A stretch of DNA of 64,000 bases. Source: a virus (lineage: Duplodnaviria > Caudoviricetes). Location: positions 1-64,000 of IMG/VR virus record IMGVR_UViG_2773857766_000004. The stretch is one strand, 5' to 3'. Of the stretch, positions 18,059-26,451 are shown piece by piece. The position numbers and the translations under genes are program-made. A model generated the notes under the pieces. That model ran no database searches, was not told the DNA's origin, and saw only the letters and a program-made list of their open reading frames with translations. Position 1 is the first letter of the stretch. Each line of letters opens with the position of its first letter.

Positions 18059-18297
18059 TTCGCGTCCGCCTTCTTCGATGGGGTCCGCTTCGCAGCAGCC
18101 TTCGCCGGCTGCGTGGTTTCGGCCGCCTTCGTCACGGCAGGCGCCGCTGCGGTCGTCTCGTAGGTGTCGAAGTGCACGGCGCGGCCGAGGGCGCGCAGCA
18201 CGCGCGCATCGCTGCGCGGCGCGTCGAACTCGTCACCAGCCCGCAGCGCGCGGCCGGCGTACGTGAACGACTTCGTGGCTTTCAGGTTCTCGCGCAT
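18055..18297 (-). CDS. Small post-capsid protein (80 aa)
   Basis: ATG at 18297 after AAGGAG; GDEFDAPRSDARVLRALGRA. Confidence 0.65.
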   Translation of the reverse strand: MRENLKATKSFTYAGRALRAGDEFDAPRSDARVLRALGRAVHFDTYETTAAAPAVTKAAETTQPAKAAAKRTPSKKADAK

Positions 18298-18359
18298 GGC
18301 AGCTCCTTGAGGTGAGGGGACCGGGCCCGCAAGCAGGCCCGGCAGGGTGGCCGGCGGGG

Positions 18360-19760
18360 TCAGCCGCCCGCGGCCGGCGCGCCGTAGTCGGCGCCCGTCA
18401 CGAAGGCCACGGCAGAGGCGCGGCGCTTGGCGAAGTTGATGGAGCGCACCACCTTGATGGCGGTGGACTCGCTCTGGAACATCGACGTGAAGTTCGCCGA
18501 GGCGCCCGTGGGCGTGTCCGTCGCACCGGTGGGCGCCGTGTCCTGTTCGATCATGGCCTCGCGGGAGATCGACACCTGCACGCCCGAGTCGCCGATGCGG
18601 TAGATGTCCGACGGCTTCAGCATCACCAGCTGGCCGGCGCCGACGTTGTCGCCGGTGGTCACCGTGTCGCCCAGCAGCGTGCCGCCCGAGGCGTTGATGC
18701 CGGTGAACTCGGGCAGGCCGAGCGCGTTGGTCATCAGCTGCACCGACTTGGCCAGGGACGGGGTGGTCACCAGCTGCAGGCCGTTCACGTTCTTCGCCGC
18801 GATGAACCCCGCGTACAGGGCCTTGATGTCGGCGCGCAGGCCGGCACCGTCCGTGCCAGCGGACGGAATGCCCGTGAGGTCGTTCAGGATGCCTGCCGGC
18901 GAGACGCCCGGCACGGCGGCAGAGGCGCTCAGGAAGGTGTTGTCCACCCGCTGCGAGCTGGCCTCCACGAGCGCGTCGCGCACCAGCTGCTCGGCGGCCG
19001 GGCTGGAGTCGCGCAGCAGCTCGTTGGACACCACGGCCAGTGCAGCGACCTTCAGCGGCGTCAGCGTGACGTTCATGAAGTCGGCCGTCGTGGCAGGGAT
19101 CGCCTTGGACTGGCCGACCCAGTAGGCCGTCGCGGCGCCGTCCTGGCCCTTGATCTGGACGTTCGCGGGCACCTGGCGCAGCGGCAGCTTGTCGTAGACC
19201 GTCTGCGAGTACAGGTACTCGATGAAGTCGCCGGTGTAGCGTTGGTCGATGGCCGCCAGTTCCGCGCCCCACTCGCCCGTGCCCGTGCCGCCGCCCGGCA
19301 CTGCAGCCTTCATGACGTTGATCAGCGTGGGGTTCGACTTGCCCCAGCGCGCCTCAGCGATGGCCAGCGGAGACTGGTCGCCGTCGGACAGGCGCGAGAG
19401 CGCCTTCGCGATCACCATGCGCGTGTAGTTCTGGCCCTTGAACTTCTCGTCGGCATCCTTGTTCATGTGGATCGCCGGGCCCGCGCCGGTGGCGATGGCG
19501 CCGCGCGCGTTGGTCGCGCCCGCCGGGGTCGCGCCGGCGGCGGGCGTGGCCTTGGTCACCTGCAGGGCCTCGAGCGCGCGCAGGTCTTCCAACTCGGCGT
19601 CGATCTGGGCAATGTCGGCGGTCAGACCCTTGAAGGCCTCGCGCTCGCTCTCGTCCTTGGTCCGGCCTTCGTCGAGGGCCTTCTTCTGCACGCCTTCCAG
19701 CTCCAGGGCCTTGGCGGTGCGGGTCTCCATGAGACGCTTGATCTGTTCTTGCAAATTCAC
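18360..19760 (-). CDS. Major capsid protein, HK97 fold with N-terminal delta domain
   Basis: GTG at 19760 after AAGGA; WVGQSKAIP and VSNELLRDS motifs. Confidence 0.92.
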   Translation of the reverse strand: MNLQEQIKRLMETRTAKALELEGVQKKALDEGRTKDESEREAFKGLTADIAQIDAELEDLRALEALQVTKATPAAGATPAGATNARGAIATGAGPAIHMNKDADEKFKGQNYTRMVIAKALSRLSDGDQSPLAIAEARWGKSNPTLINVMKAAVPGGGTGTGEWGAELAAIDQRYTGDFIEYLYSQTVYDKLPLRQVPANVQIKGQDGAATAYWVGQSKAIPATTADFMNVTLTPLKVAALAVVSNELLRDSSPAAEQLVRDALVEASSQRVDNTFLSASAAVPGVSPAGILNDLTGIPSAGTDGAGLRADIKALYAGFIAAKNVNGLQLVTTPSLAKSVQLMTNALGLPEFTGINASGGTLLGDTVTTGDNVGAGQLVMLKPSDIYRIGDSGVQVSISREAMIEQDTAPTGATDTPTGASANFTSMFQSESTAIKVVRSINFAKRRASAVAFVTGADYGAPAAGG

Positions 19761-19777
19761 GGCATGTCCTTTCGGGA

Positions 19778-20356
19778 TCACTTGAGGAATACGACGCCCT
19801 GGCGGGCACCTGGTTGTCCCGAGACGCCGGGAGGGAGGAGCCGCACGACCCGGTCCTGCTTGCGGCCTGTCGCGGCCAGCAGTGCGTTGTCGAGCGACTT
19901 GATGGTGGTGATGGACGCGTCGGCGTTGGCCGGCACGGTGACGGCGGAGAGCTCGAACCACAGCCACTTCGTGTAGCGCATGCCGTAGGTGCCCTCGATG
20001 CGTGCCGACTCGAGCGGCATGAAGCCGACCGACAGGCCCCGCACCAGCTTCGCCTTCAGCATCTGCCAGGCCGTGGTGAGGCGCTCCTTCAGCGGGCCTT
20101 CGTCATCGATCTGGGCGACTTCGCCCTCGACTTCGATCCCCTTCTCCGTCACCCGGGCCGCAGTGACCCATCCGATGGGGTCGCTGTTGTCGTGCTGCCA
20201 GATCAGGGGAATGGGCAGCTTGAACTGCGCGCCCTTGGGTTCCACGATGTCGCCCATCCGATCGGTGCTCGGCGTCGATGCGATGCCCTTGAAGGTCCGC
20301 TTTCCCCCCTCGTCGCTGAGGGCCTTGATCACAAGTGTCGAGTACGCACGTTCCAT
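19778..20356 (-). CDS. HK97-family prohead protease
   Basis: LIWQHD, GLSVGF and ELSAVTVPAN motifs. Confidence 0.93.
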   Translation of the reverse strand: MERAYSTLVIKALSDEGGKRTFKGIASTPSTDRMGDIVEPKGAQFKLPIPLIWQHDNSDPIGWVTAARVTEKGIEVEGEVAQIDDEGPLKERLTTAWQMLKAKLVRGLSVGFMPLESARIEGTYGMRYTKWLWFELSAVTVPANADASITTIKSLDNALLAATGRKQDRVVRLLPPGVSGQPGARQGVVFLK

Positions 20357-20407
20357 GCGGATCCCCTGAAATGAAAAAGCCCGCGCGCGGCGGGCTGGTG
20401 ACGCTCA

Positions 20408-21919
20408 TCAGACGACGAACATCTGGTACTTCGGTGGCGGCTTCGGTGGCTCTGCCATCGGCATCACCCCGACGGCCATGGCCAGGGCCTGCATGCCGTC
20501 GATCCGGCCGCTCGCCTTGGACTTGGTGAACTTGCGGTTCTCGGCCGGGTCCTTGACCACGATCGCATTGGCCGCGCACATCGACAGCACGGGGTGGTTG
20601 GCGTGCTTCAGCTTCTTGGCCAGCAGCTTTTCCTCGAGCGTCCGGATGGCCGGCGACATCGACTGAAATCCCTGGCCGAAGTCCACGAACTTCGCCAGCT
20701 CCTTCTCGGTGAACCCGGCCTTCACCAGCCATGGCCGTAGGTGCCGCATGCCCCAGCGGTCGAAAGCGATCGCCTGGACGTCGTACCGATCGAAAACGGC
20801 GCGCAGCTCGGCGGCCACGTACTCGTACTCGATTGACCGGCCCGGGGTCGTCTTGAGCAGTCCTTTGGATGCCCAAACGTCGTAGGGCACGCGGTCCGCT
20901 CGGGACTTCTCCGCGAGCCCGTCGCCCGGCAGCCAGAAGCTCGGGATCACGTCGCCGACATCGGAGGCCAGCACCAACGCCGTCAGGTCGCTCACGGCCG
21001 ACAGGTCGAGCCCCCCGTACACCTTCAGGCCTGGCTGGTCGTCCGGCTCGGCCCCGTTTTCCTGCCACACCGCCCGCGTGATGAAGGGCGTCTTCGCCTC
21101 CACCCGCTGGTTGAGGATCAGGTTGCGGTAGCCCGCCTCCATGCTCGGCAGCCGCTTGGCGTCCGTAGCCTGCTTGCGGACCTCCTCCTGGTTCATGAAC
21201 ACGTCGAAGTGCGGGTTCGCCGCCCGGATCGCCTTGTCGCTGAACGGGTCCATGTCCATGGGCGCGGTGTGCAGCGCCACTTTCACCCGCGGGTCCGCAC
21301 CCGTCAGCGCGTCGTCGATCAGCAGGCTCAGCAGGTCGGCATCCGTGCGCGCCTGCGTACTGATGATGATCGACAGCGGCCGCTCATGCGCGGCCGATGC
21401 CGTTTCGATCGCCTCGTACAGTTCCGACCGCGGCCCGACCACCTGCCCCAGTTCGTCGTGCACCGAGAACACCGGCGAGAGCCCGTAGGCCGTCGAGGCG
21501 TCCGCAGACAGCGCGCGGTAGGTGGTGCCAAGCTCGGGGCAGACCAGGGTCTTCGCCGACTCCTTCGGGATGACGTACTCGCTCAGTTCCGGCGACATGC
21601 GCACGACCTTGGAGGCGTATCCGTAGAGGATAGCCGCCTGGTCGCGGGACTGTGCTGCGCTGTACAGCTGGCTGTTCGGCTTGGCCTCGGGCCCGCACAG
21701 GTGCAGGAGCAGCAGGAATGCGCTCGTGGCCGTCTTCGCGTTCTTGCGCGCCATGCTCAGGATGAACGTGCGCGTCGGCGTGTCATAGATCTTCCGGATC
21801 CACTCCTTCTGAGGCTTGGTCAGCCGCACCGGCTGCCCAACATGCTTGCCGTCGGGGATACGGCACATCGACTCGATCCAGGCGATGTTCCGCAGCCCCC
21901 TACTTCGGCTTCGCGTCAA
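20408..21919 (-). CDS. terL: Terminase large subunit
   Basis: Walker A-like MARKNAKT, HDELG, GLDLS and RIDGMQALAMA motifs. Confidence 0.95.
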   Translation of the reverse strand: MTRSRSRGLRNIAWIESMCRIPDGKHVGQPVRLTKPQKEWIRKIYDTPTRTFILSMARKNAKTATSAFLLLLHLCGPEAKPNSQLYSAAQSRDQAAILYGYASKVVRMSPELSEYVIPKESAKTLVCPELGTTYRALSADASTAYGLSPVFSVHDELGQVVGPRSELYEAIETASAAHERPLSIIISTQARTDADLLSLLIDDALTGADPRVKVALHTAPMDMDPFSDKAIRAANPHFDVFMNQEEVRKQATDAKRLPSMEAGYRNLILNQRVEAKTPFITRAVWQENGAEPDDQPGLKVYGGLDLSAVSDLTALVLASDVGDVIPSFWLPGDGLAEKSRADRVPYDVWASKGLLKTTPGRSIEYEYVAAELRAVFDRYDVQAIAFDRWGMRHLRPWLVKAGFTEKELAKFVDFGQGFQSMSPAIRTLEEKLLAKKLKHANHPVLSMCAANAIVVKDPAENRKFTKSKASGRIDGMQALAMAVGVMPMAEPPKPPPKYQMFVV

Positions 21920-22355
21920 TCACTTCCCACGGCTTTCGCGCGCGGCCCACGTTCGCATTCGACCGGCCGACCGTCTTCGGGTCCACGGTCGCCTGGCGGG
22001 TGATGCGCAGGCGTGTGGCCAGCGAGGACGCCGAGCGCACCTCGCGCTCGCGCATGGCGAGCAGTCGGTCGTACCTCTTCAGCCCGTCATCGTCCCGCAG
22101 CCATTCGCGGTCGAAGGACTTGATCTCGTCGTCCAGCACCTGGGCCGTGACGACGTGCTGGCAGTACAGGTCCAGCATGTCGCGGTGCGTCTCGGTGAAC
22201 GCAGCCGCGGCGTGATCGTTCACCAGCCGCGCCCACACCACCTGCTCTGCATCGCTCAGGTGCATGCTCGGCGCGAGCCGGTTGGTAGCCACCAACGGTC
22301 CAACCTCGGCCGCCACCGCGACGCTCGCAGCAGATTTTCGGCCTCGTTGTGCCAT
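21900..22355 (-). CDS. terS: Terminase small subunit (P27-like)
   Basis: MAQRGRKS start, LRITRQA end, directly upstream of terL. Confidence 0.8.
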   Translation of the reverse strand: MAQRGRKSAASVAVAAEVGPLVATNRLAPSMHLSDAEQVVWARLVNDHAAAAFTETHRDMLDLYCQHVVTAQVLDDEIKSFDREWLRDDDGLKRYDRLLAMREREVRSASSLATRLRITRQATVDPKTVGRSNANVGRARKPWEVIDAKPK

Positions 22356-22551
22356 CGGATTCACCTTTTTTTCTGGACGTTTAGCTGCGCGAGGGGAACA
22401 GGTCGGTTTCCCAGGAGAACGGGATTTTTTGAGGGACCATCCCCCCCTCCCCGTGGCCCGGGCGGACCCTCTGGCCTCCGGCCGGCCATCGGCCTGGTCT
22501 GCGGGGTGCCCGGCAAGGCCCCTGCCGGCCCGCTGGAGGGCTGATCCCGCC
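22356..22551. other. Probable cos packaging region
   Basis: Non-coding gap between the HNH gene and terS with a G-run and A/T tracts, as in HK97-like 3'-cos phages; exact cut site not determined. Confidence 0.45.
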
Positions 22552-22863
22552 TCAGAGGGGCCAGCCGTCCAACCCCACCGCACGGCGCTGCTGGTAGCCC
22601 ATGTCCTGGGCCGTCTTCTTCGCGTGGCAACCGTCGGGGCCGCAGCACAGCACCTGTGTGTTCGCCTCGGTGTCTTCGCCTTTGCCGCCGTCAGCCTTCA
22701 GCGCCTGTACGTGGTCGAGCTGGAAGCCGCGGCCTGGAATGTCGTTGAACTCGACCAGCTTGCCGCACATTGCGCAGCGTGGATCTCGGGACCACACGTT
22801 CAAGCGGCGGGCCTGCAGTCGGCGCCCGGTAATGCGTCCCCTGGTCGCAATTGCCACCGCCAC
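22552..22863 (-). CDS. HNH endonuclease (HK97 gp74-like packaging cofactor)
   Basis: CAMC..LDHVQAL..N..LC..CHAKKT; upstream of terS. Confidence 0.85.
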   Translation of the reverse strand: MAVAIATRGRITGRRLQARRLNVWSRDPRCAMCGKLVEFNDIPGRGFQLDHVQALKADGGKGEDTEANTQVLCCGPDGCHAKKTAQDMGYQQRRAVGLDGWPL

Positions 22864-22901
22864 TCCTCAAACAAAAAGCCACCCGAGGGTGGCTATTCTG
22901 A

Positions 22902-23105
22902 TCAACCGATTCCCACGAACCCCTTGGGCGCGGGCTTCAGCACAACGAGGTCGAAGATTTCTTCGCGAGGCGTCTTGCCGTCGAACCACTGGCACTTTGC
23001 CGCGCTCTCTGAATACTGGGGCGAGTAGTCTCCGATATCGACAATGGTCATGTCAGGCCCGCCGCTTTTCAGGATGACAACATCACCCTTTTTGAAATCA
23101 CTCAT
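22902..23105 (-). CDS. YodC/DUF2158-family small protein (moron)
   Basis: FKKGDVVILKSGGPDMTI..CQWF; own RBS and a downstream terminator hairpin near 22874..22894. Confidence 0.85.
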   Translation of the reverse strand: MSDFKKGDVVILKSGGPDMTIVDIGDYSPQYSESAAKCQWFDGKTPREEIFDLVVLKPAPKGFVGIG

Positions 23106-23267
23106 CTAGTTCTCCTCTCGCCAACATTGGCGAGACAACTATACAGGCGACCTAGACCGAAGCTCAGTACTTACTGTAGCTTCCCAAATTTTTCCGGTAG
23201 GACGCTCGAACCGCGCGAAAGCCGCTGCGCCCAATGGTAGCGACGGCTCAAGCCGTCTACCCTGCAC

Positions 23268-23762
23268 CTACGGCAGTATCCCCGCAACCAGGGCAAGCAC
23301 CGCGGCGACAAACACCAGCGCCTTTACTACAGCCCTGGCGACTATCTCATCTAACCCCTTGCCCTTCCAACTCTGTCCTGGCATGTCGAGCTGAATAAGC
23401 CCGGCCCACAGCCCCAGGGCACCGGCGGCAAGCCCAAATCGCTTTGCAACCGATAGCCCCGTTAAGCCGAACGGTATGCCGATAACGACTGCGATCGCGC
23501 AGGCTAAGACACCGAAGGCTGCCGGCTTGAATAGCCGTCGTAGAAGAACCGTCCTGGAAAATCCGTGCGCGCCATCCTGCTCGTCGATGTCATCCTGGGT
23601 GGGCCACTCTCCACGTTCGTACTTAGCGCGCAAATCGGCGGCTTTCAGGTTCACCCACAGTGTTTGCTGGATGGACAGTTCAACGTACCGCCTTTTGCTG
23701 AAGACCGAATACAGCAGGGCGGGCACGATCGGGGCCTCTCGGATGGCAGTTGGATCTGGCAT
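23268..23762 (-). CDS. Membrane protein moron (about 3 C-terminal TMs); start uncertain
   Basis: Lower-GC ORF; ATG at 23762 after GGAG; the frame is open to 23897. Confidence 0.6.
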   Translation of the reverse strand: MPDPTAIREAPIVPALLYSVFSKRRYVELSIQQTLWVNLKAADLRAKYERGEWPTQDDIDEQDGAHGFSRTVLLRRLFKPAAFGVLACAIAVVIGIPFGLTGLSVAKRFGLAAGALGLWAGLIQLDMPGQSWKGKGLDEIVARAVVKALVFVAAVLALVAGILP

Positions 23763-24078
23763 AGCTCCAATGTAATAGACGCTACCCTCCGGTGACACGA
23801 TCGTCATCAATATTGGGCTGCCTCTACCGAACCAATCCGCTGCCACAGCCGTGCCGACACTTCGCGAGTTTGGCCTCCTGGCGCTGATCTCGATCATGGC
23901 GATCTTGGGCCTCAGAGCAGCAAAGCATCGAGCGCCGAAATGAGCAGTGTGCCCTCAGCCGGCCACAAGCTAACCACGCCTGAGTGACCATCCGCTATCG
24001 GCTGGAGGCGAGCAAAAACGATTCGCCCTCCTGGCTTTACGATGGAGTTCTCACACAACCATCGCCAGGAGGGCGGAA

Positions 24079-24309
24079 ATGGAAAACGACGCGACGATCG
24101 AAAAACTGCACGGACGCATAGAAGCGTTGCGCGCGACGCAGATCGCTTTGCTGATCGCACTGGCCACGCAAGGGAAGCTAGACCTTGCTGGCATTGCCAG
24201 ATCTGCAAGCAGCTGGGCAAAAAAGTCCTCAGTGGAGGGAGAAGCGCTTGAGGCGCTTAACGCGGAGATGGAAATCCTCGCGGCGTTGGCAGCGATCCCC
24301 ACTCGCTAA
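24079..24309 (+). CDS. Small helical protein, antisense mini-moron
   Basis: AGGAGG RBS within a conserved hairpin leader. Confidence 0.7.
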   Translation: MENDATIEKLHGRIEALRATQIALLIALATQGKLDLAGIARSASSWAKKSSVEGEALEALNAEMEILAALAAIPTR

Positions 24310-24535
24310 GTACGCGGAAGGCCGGTAGCGTCAGCCCATCAGCCAGCGCTGCATACACCGTCTCGGCAATCCCATCGCGGGTAGGTTGCGCTACAGCACT
24401 GCGCTCCTGGTCGAACTTCTCTCCACGCCCGCGCTTCAGCCGGGCGAAGAACTCCGATGCTCTGTAGCGGCGACGCTTCTGCATCTCCTGCACAGCGGGC
24501 GGCGCAACGTCGCCCCAGCGGTACGGCTTGGTCAT
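24257..24535 (-). CDS. Hypothetical protein
   Basis: AAGGAG RBS before ATG at 24535; 3' end overlaps the convergent moron. Confidence 0.45.
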   Translation of the reverse strand: MTKPYRWGDVAPPAVQEMQKRRRYRASEFFARLKRGRGEKFDQERSAVAQPTRDGIAETVYAALADGLTLPAFRVLSEWGSLPTPRGFPSPR

Positions 24536-24648
24536 CTGCGTCTCCTTGGAAGGCGCCACCACCTGGGGCATGGCGTCCCTGGCGGCGATAGAGGCGTGGT
24601 GGATGCGCCCCGGTGGTGACAACTTGGAGCACCCGAACGGGTGCGATG

Positions 24649-24725
24649 TGGTTGCGGTGGTCGGCTTCGAACCGACGACAGGCGGGGTATGAACCCGCTG
24701 CTCTACCTGGCTGAGCTACACCGCG
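24649..24725 (-). tRNA. Prophage tRNA-Met(CAT) with initiator features
   Basis: 77-nt cloverleaf CGCGGTGTAGCTCAG...GCGGG TTCATAC CCCGC...GGTTCGAA...CACCGCAACCA; C1:A72 mismatch; three G-C pairs at the base of the anticodon stem. Confidence 0.92.
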
Positions 24726-24805
24726 GAAACGAAAAAGCCACCTCAAGGGTGGCTTGTGCTTGTCGGGCGCACCTGCGGCTGCCGTTGGGCAACCGCTGGA
24801 AGCGC

Positions 24806-25270
24806 TCACGACTCAGTGTCGCGGGAAATTGGCGCGATTGTGCCAGATCGTGTCAAGCCGCGCAAGCGGTAGGCCGTCATGAAGCTGCGCAGGCCCTCCA
24901 GCCGGTCACGCTCCCAGGCAGCGGGCGCCACGCCCAGCCGGCGGCGCACGGCGTGGTGCGGCAGGCGCTGCGGGATGTAGTAGGCGTGCAGCACGCGCCG
25001 GTACTGCATGGGCACCACGACCAGGGCATGCTGCACGCGGAGCGCGTCGAAGTCGGCCATGAACGGCACCATCGGCTCGTCGCCGCGCGTGGGCGGCGGC
25101 ACGTATTGGCCCTCAGCGCTGGCGCACCGCCGCTTCTGGTAGCGGTCCTGGGCCCACCGGCCGTAGCGCTCCAGCAGCTCGTCGGCCTGGCGCTGCTCGG
25201 CATCCAGGCTGGCCGGCGCGGCGCGCTTGGGAGTCGGGGCTTTCGCCCTCTCGTGGATCTCAACGTACAT
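24806..25270 (-). CDS. Late antiterminator Q-like protein
   Basis: LLERYGRWA..CASAEGQY..VLHAYY; last gene of the right early operon. Confidence 0.65.
   Translation of the reverse strand: MYVEIHERAKAPTPKRAAPASLDAEQRQADELLERYGRWAQDRYQKRRCASAEGQYVPPPTRGDEPMVPFMADFDALRVQHALVVVPMQYRRVLHAYYIPQRLPHHAVRRRLGVAPAAWERDRLEGLRSFMTAYRLRGLTRSGTIAPISRDTES
24837..24865 (-). promoter_or_regulatory. Candidate late promoter pR'
   Basis: TTGCGC-17bp-CACAAT at the 3' end of the Q-like gene, followed by a terminator hairpin near 24733..24755. Confidence 0.4.
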
Positions 25271-25754
25271 GGGCGGCCCCTTCTTGTGGTTGTTGGATGC
25301 CCGCCGGCCACAGGCCGAGGGCGATGATGCGGCGCTGCGTGTCAGCGATCCATGCCGGCTCAATCGCGCGGCGCGCGGCCTTGCTCAGCAAAGCCCCCTG
25401 GTCGAAAAGGCTGTGGCAGCCGGGCGTGCCCGGGCGGTCGGAGCACAGGGGAAAGCTCTCCAGGTCGCAGACCTTGAGCCCCATGCCCTTGCCGGTGTTG
25501 GCGTGCGCGCACTGCGAGAGCCCCGGCATGCCGCAGGCCATGCACGGGAGAGCGGCGACCAGCCGGCGGTAGGCCTCGCTGCGCACCGGTGCCGCCTTGG
25601 GCACGGACGGCGCCAGATCGCCGCACGGCATCACCACCGAGGCCCGGGGCCGCACCTCCGCCATGGCGCGCGCCGCGCGATCGGCAAGCCGCTGCTCCCG
25701 ATCGAGCCCCGGCTCATTGGACCGCGCTGCCCGCCGGAATCCAGTCCGCCGCAT
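25260..25754 (-). CDS. DUF968/Ref-like zinc-binding protein
   Basis: RSEAYRRLVAALPCMACG..AHAN.GKGMGLK..FPLC..CH. Confidence 0.75.
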   Translation of the reverse strand: MRRTGFRRAARSNEPGLDREQRLADRAARAMAEVRPRASVVMPCGDLAPSVPKAAPVRSEAYRRLVAALPCMACGMPGLSQCAHANTGKGMGLKVCDLESFPLCSDRPGTPGCHSLFDQGALLSKAARRAIEPAWIADTQRRIIALGLWPAGIQQPQEGAAHVR

Positions 25755-26014
25755 CACCGGCCGCCCCCTGCCTGCTCCGCAGCCTTGATCCGCTCGAGAT
25801 CTTTCCGGGCGCTCTCCACGACGCCCGGGCCGAGCTGGCGCTGGAAGCGGATGACGCAGCTGCGCAGGTACTTGCTCTGAGCAGGCGTGAGGGGCCTCCT
25901 TGCACCGTTTTGGGCGAGCCAGATCATCGAGTCGATGAACTTGAGGCAGCTGCACCGCGGCGGAAACTTGACGCGGGCGAGTGCGAAAGCGTAGATCCGC
26001 TCGTCTTCGGTCAT
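25754..26014 (-). CDS. Hypothetical protein
   Basis: ORF translationally coupled within the operon. Confidence 0.6.
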   Translation of the reverse strand: MTEDERIYAFALARVKFPPRCSCLKFIDSMIWLAQNGARRPLTPAQSKYLRSCVIRFQRQLGPGVVESARKDLERIKAAEQAGGGR

Positions 26015-26451
26015 TGGCTACCACCTCTTAGATTCTTAGCCCGCCGGAATGGCCACGCCACCATGGCGGCGTCGCGCGCGTGCTCATTGCTCGGCCCGGC
26101 CCAGCCGGTAGCGCGAGCGAAGGCGGAAGCGTCCAGCTTGGCGCCCTTGTTGGCCGGGCTGATGCCGTGCGCTGGGATGCCCAGCTCGCCGCACACCTCG
26201 GTGATCAGCCGGCACCATGCGTCCACCTGGCCGACGTTGCGTGCCATCTTGGCGCTGGCGGCGCCGCTGCGGCCGCGCGTCCAGGTGTGCGACTGCAGCC
26301 GGGAGTCCTCGAACACCACCCGGGCCGGCTGTCGGCCGCGGATGATCCGCTCGATGTGGTGCGGCGGAACGGTCTCCAACTCGGTCAGCTCGCCGTTCAC
26401 GTAGGTGGCCACGCCCGTATGGGCGCCGGGGTCCATCCCGAGGATCAGCAT
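26011..26451 (-). CDS. RuvC-like Holliday junction resolvase
   Basis: ILGMDPGAHTG, VFEDS and HARDAA acidic motifs. Confidence 0.7.
   Translation of the reverse strand: MLILGMDPGAHTGVATYVNGELTELETVPPHHIERIIRGRQPARVVFEDSRLQSHTWTRGRSGAASAKMARNVGQVDAWCRLITEVCGELGIPAHGISPANKGAKLDASAFARATGWAGPSNEHARDAAMVAWPFRRAKNLRGGSQ

Noticed and set aside
13424-24725. Phage tRNA-fMet dedicated to decoding the ATC start of the tail gene
   Set aside because: The anticodon is CAT, which reads ATG; nothing in the sequence supports ATC specificity.
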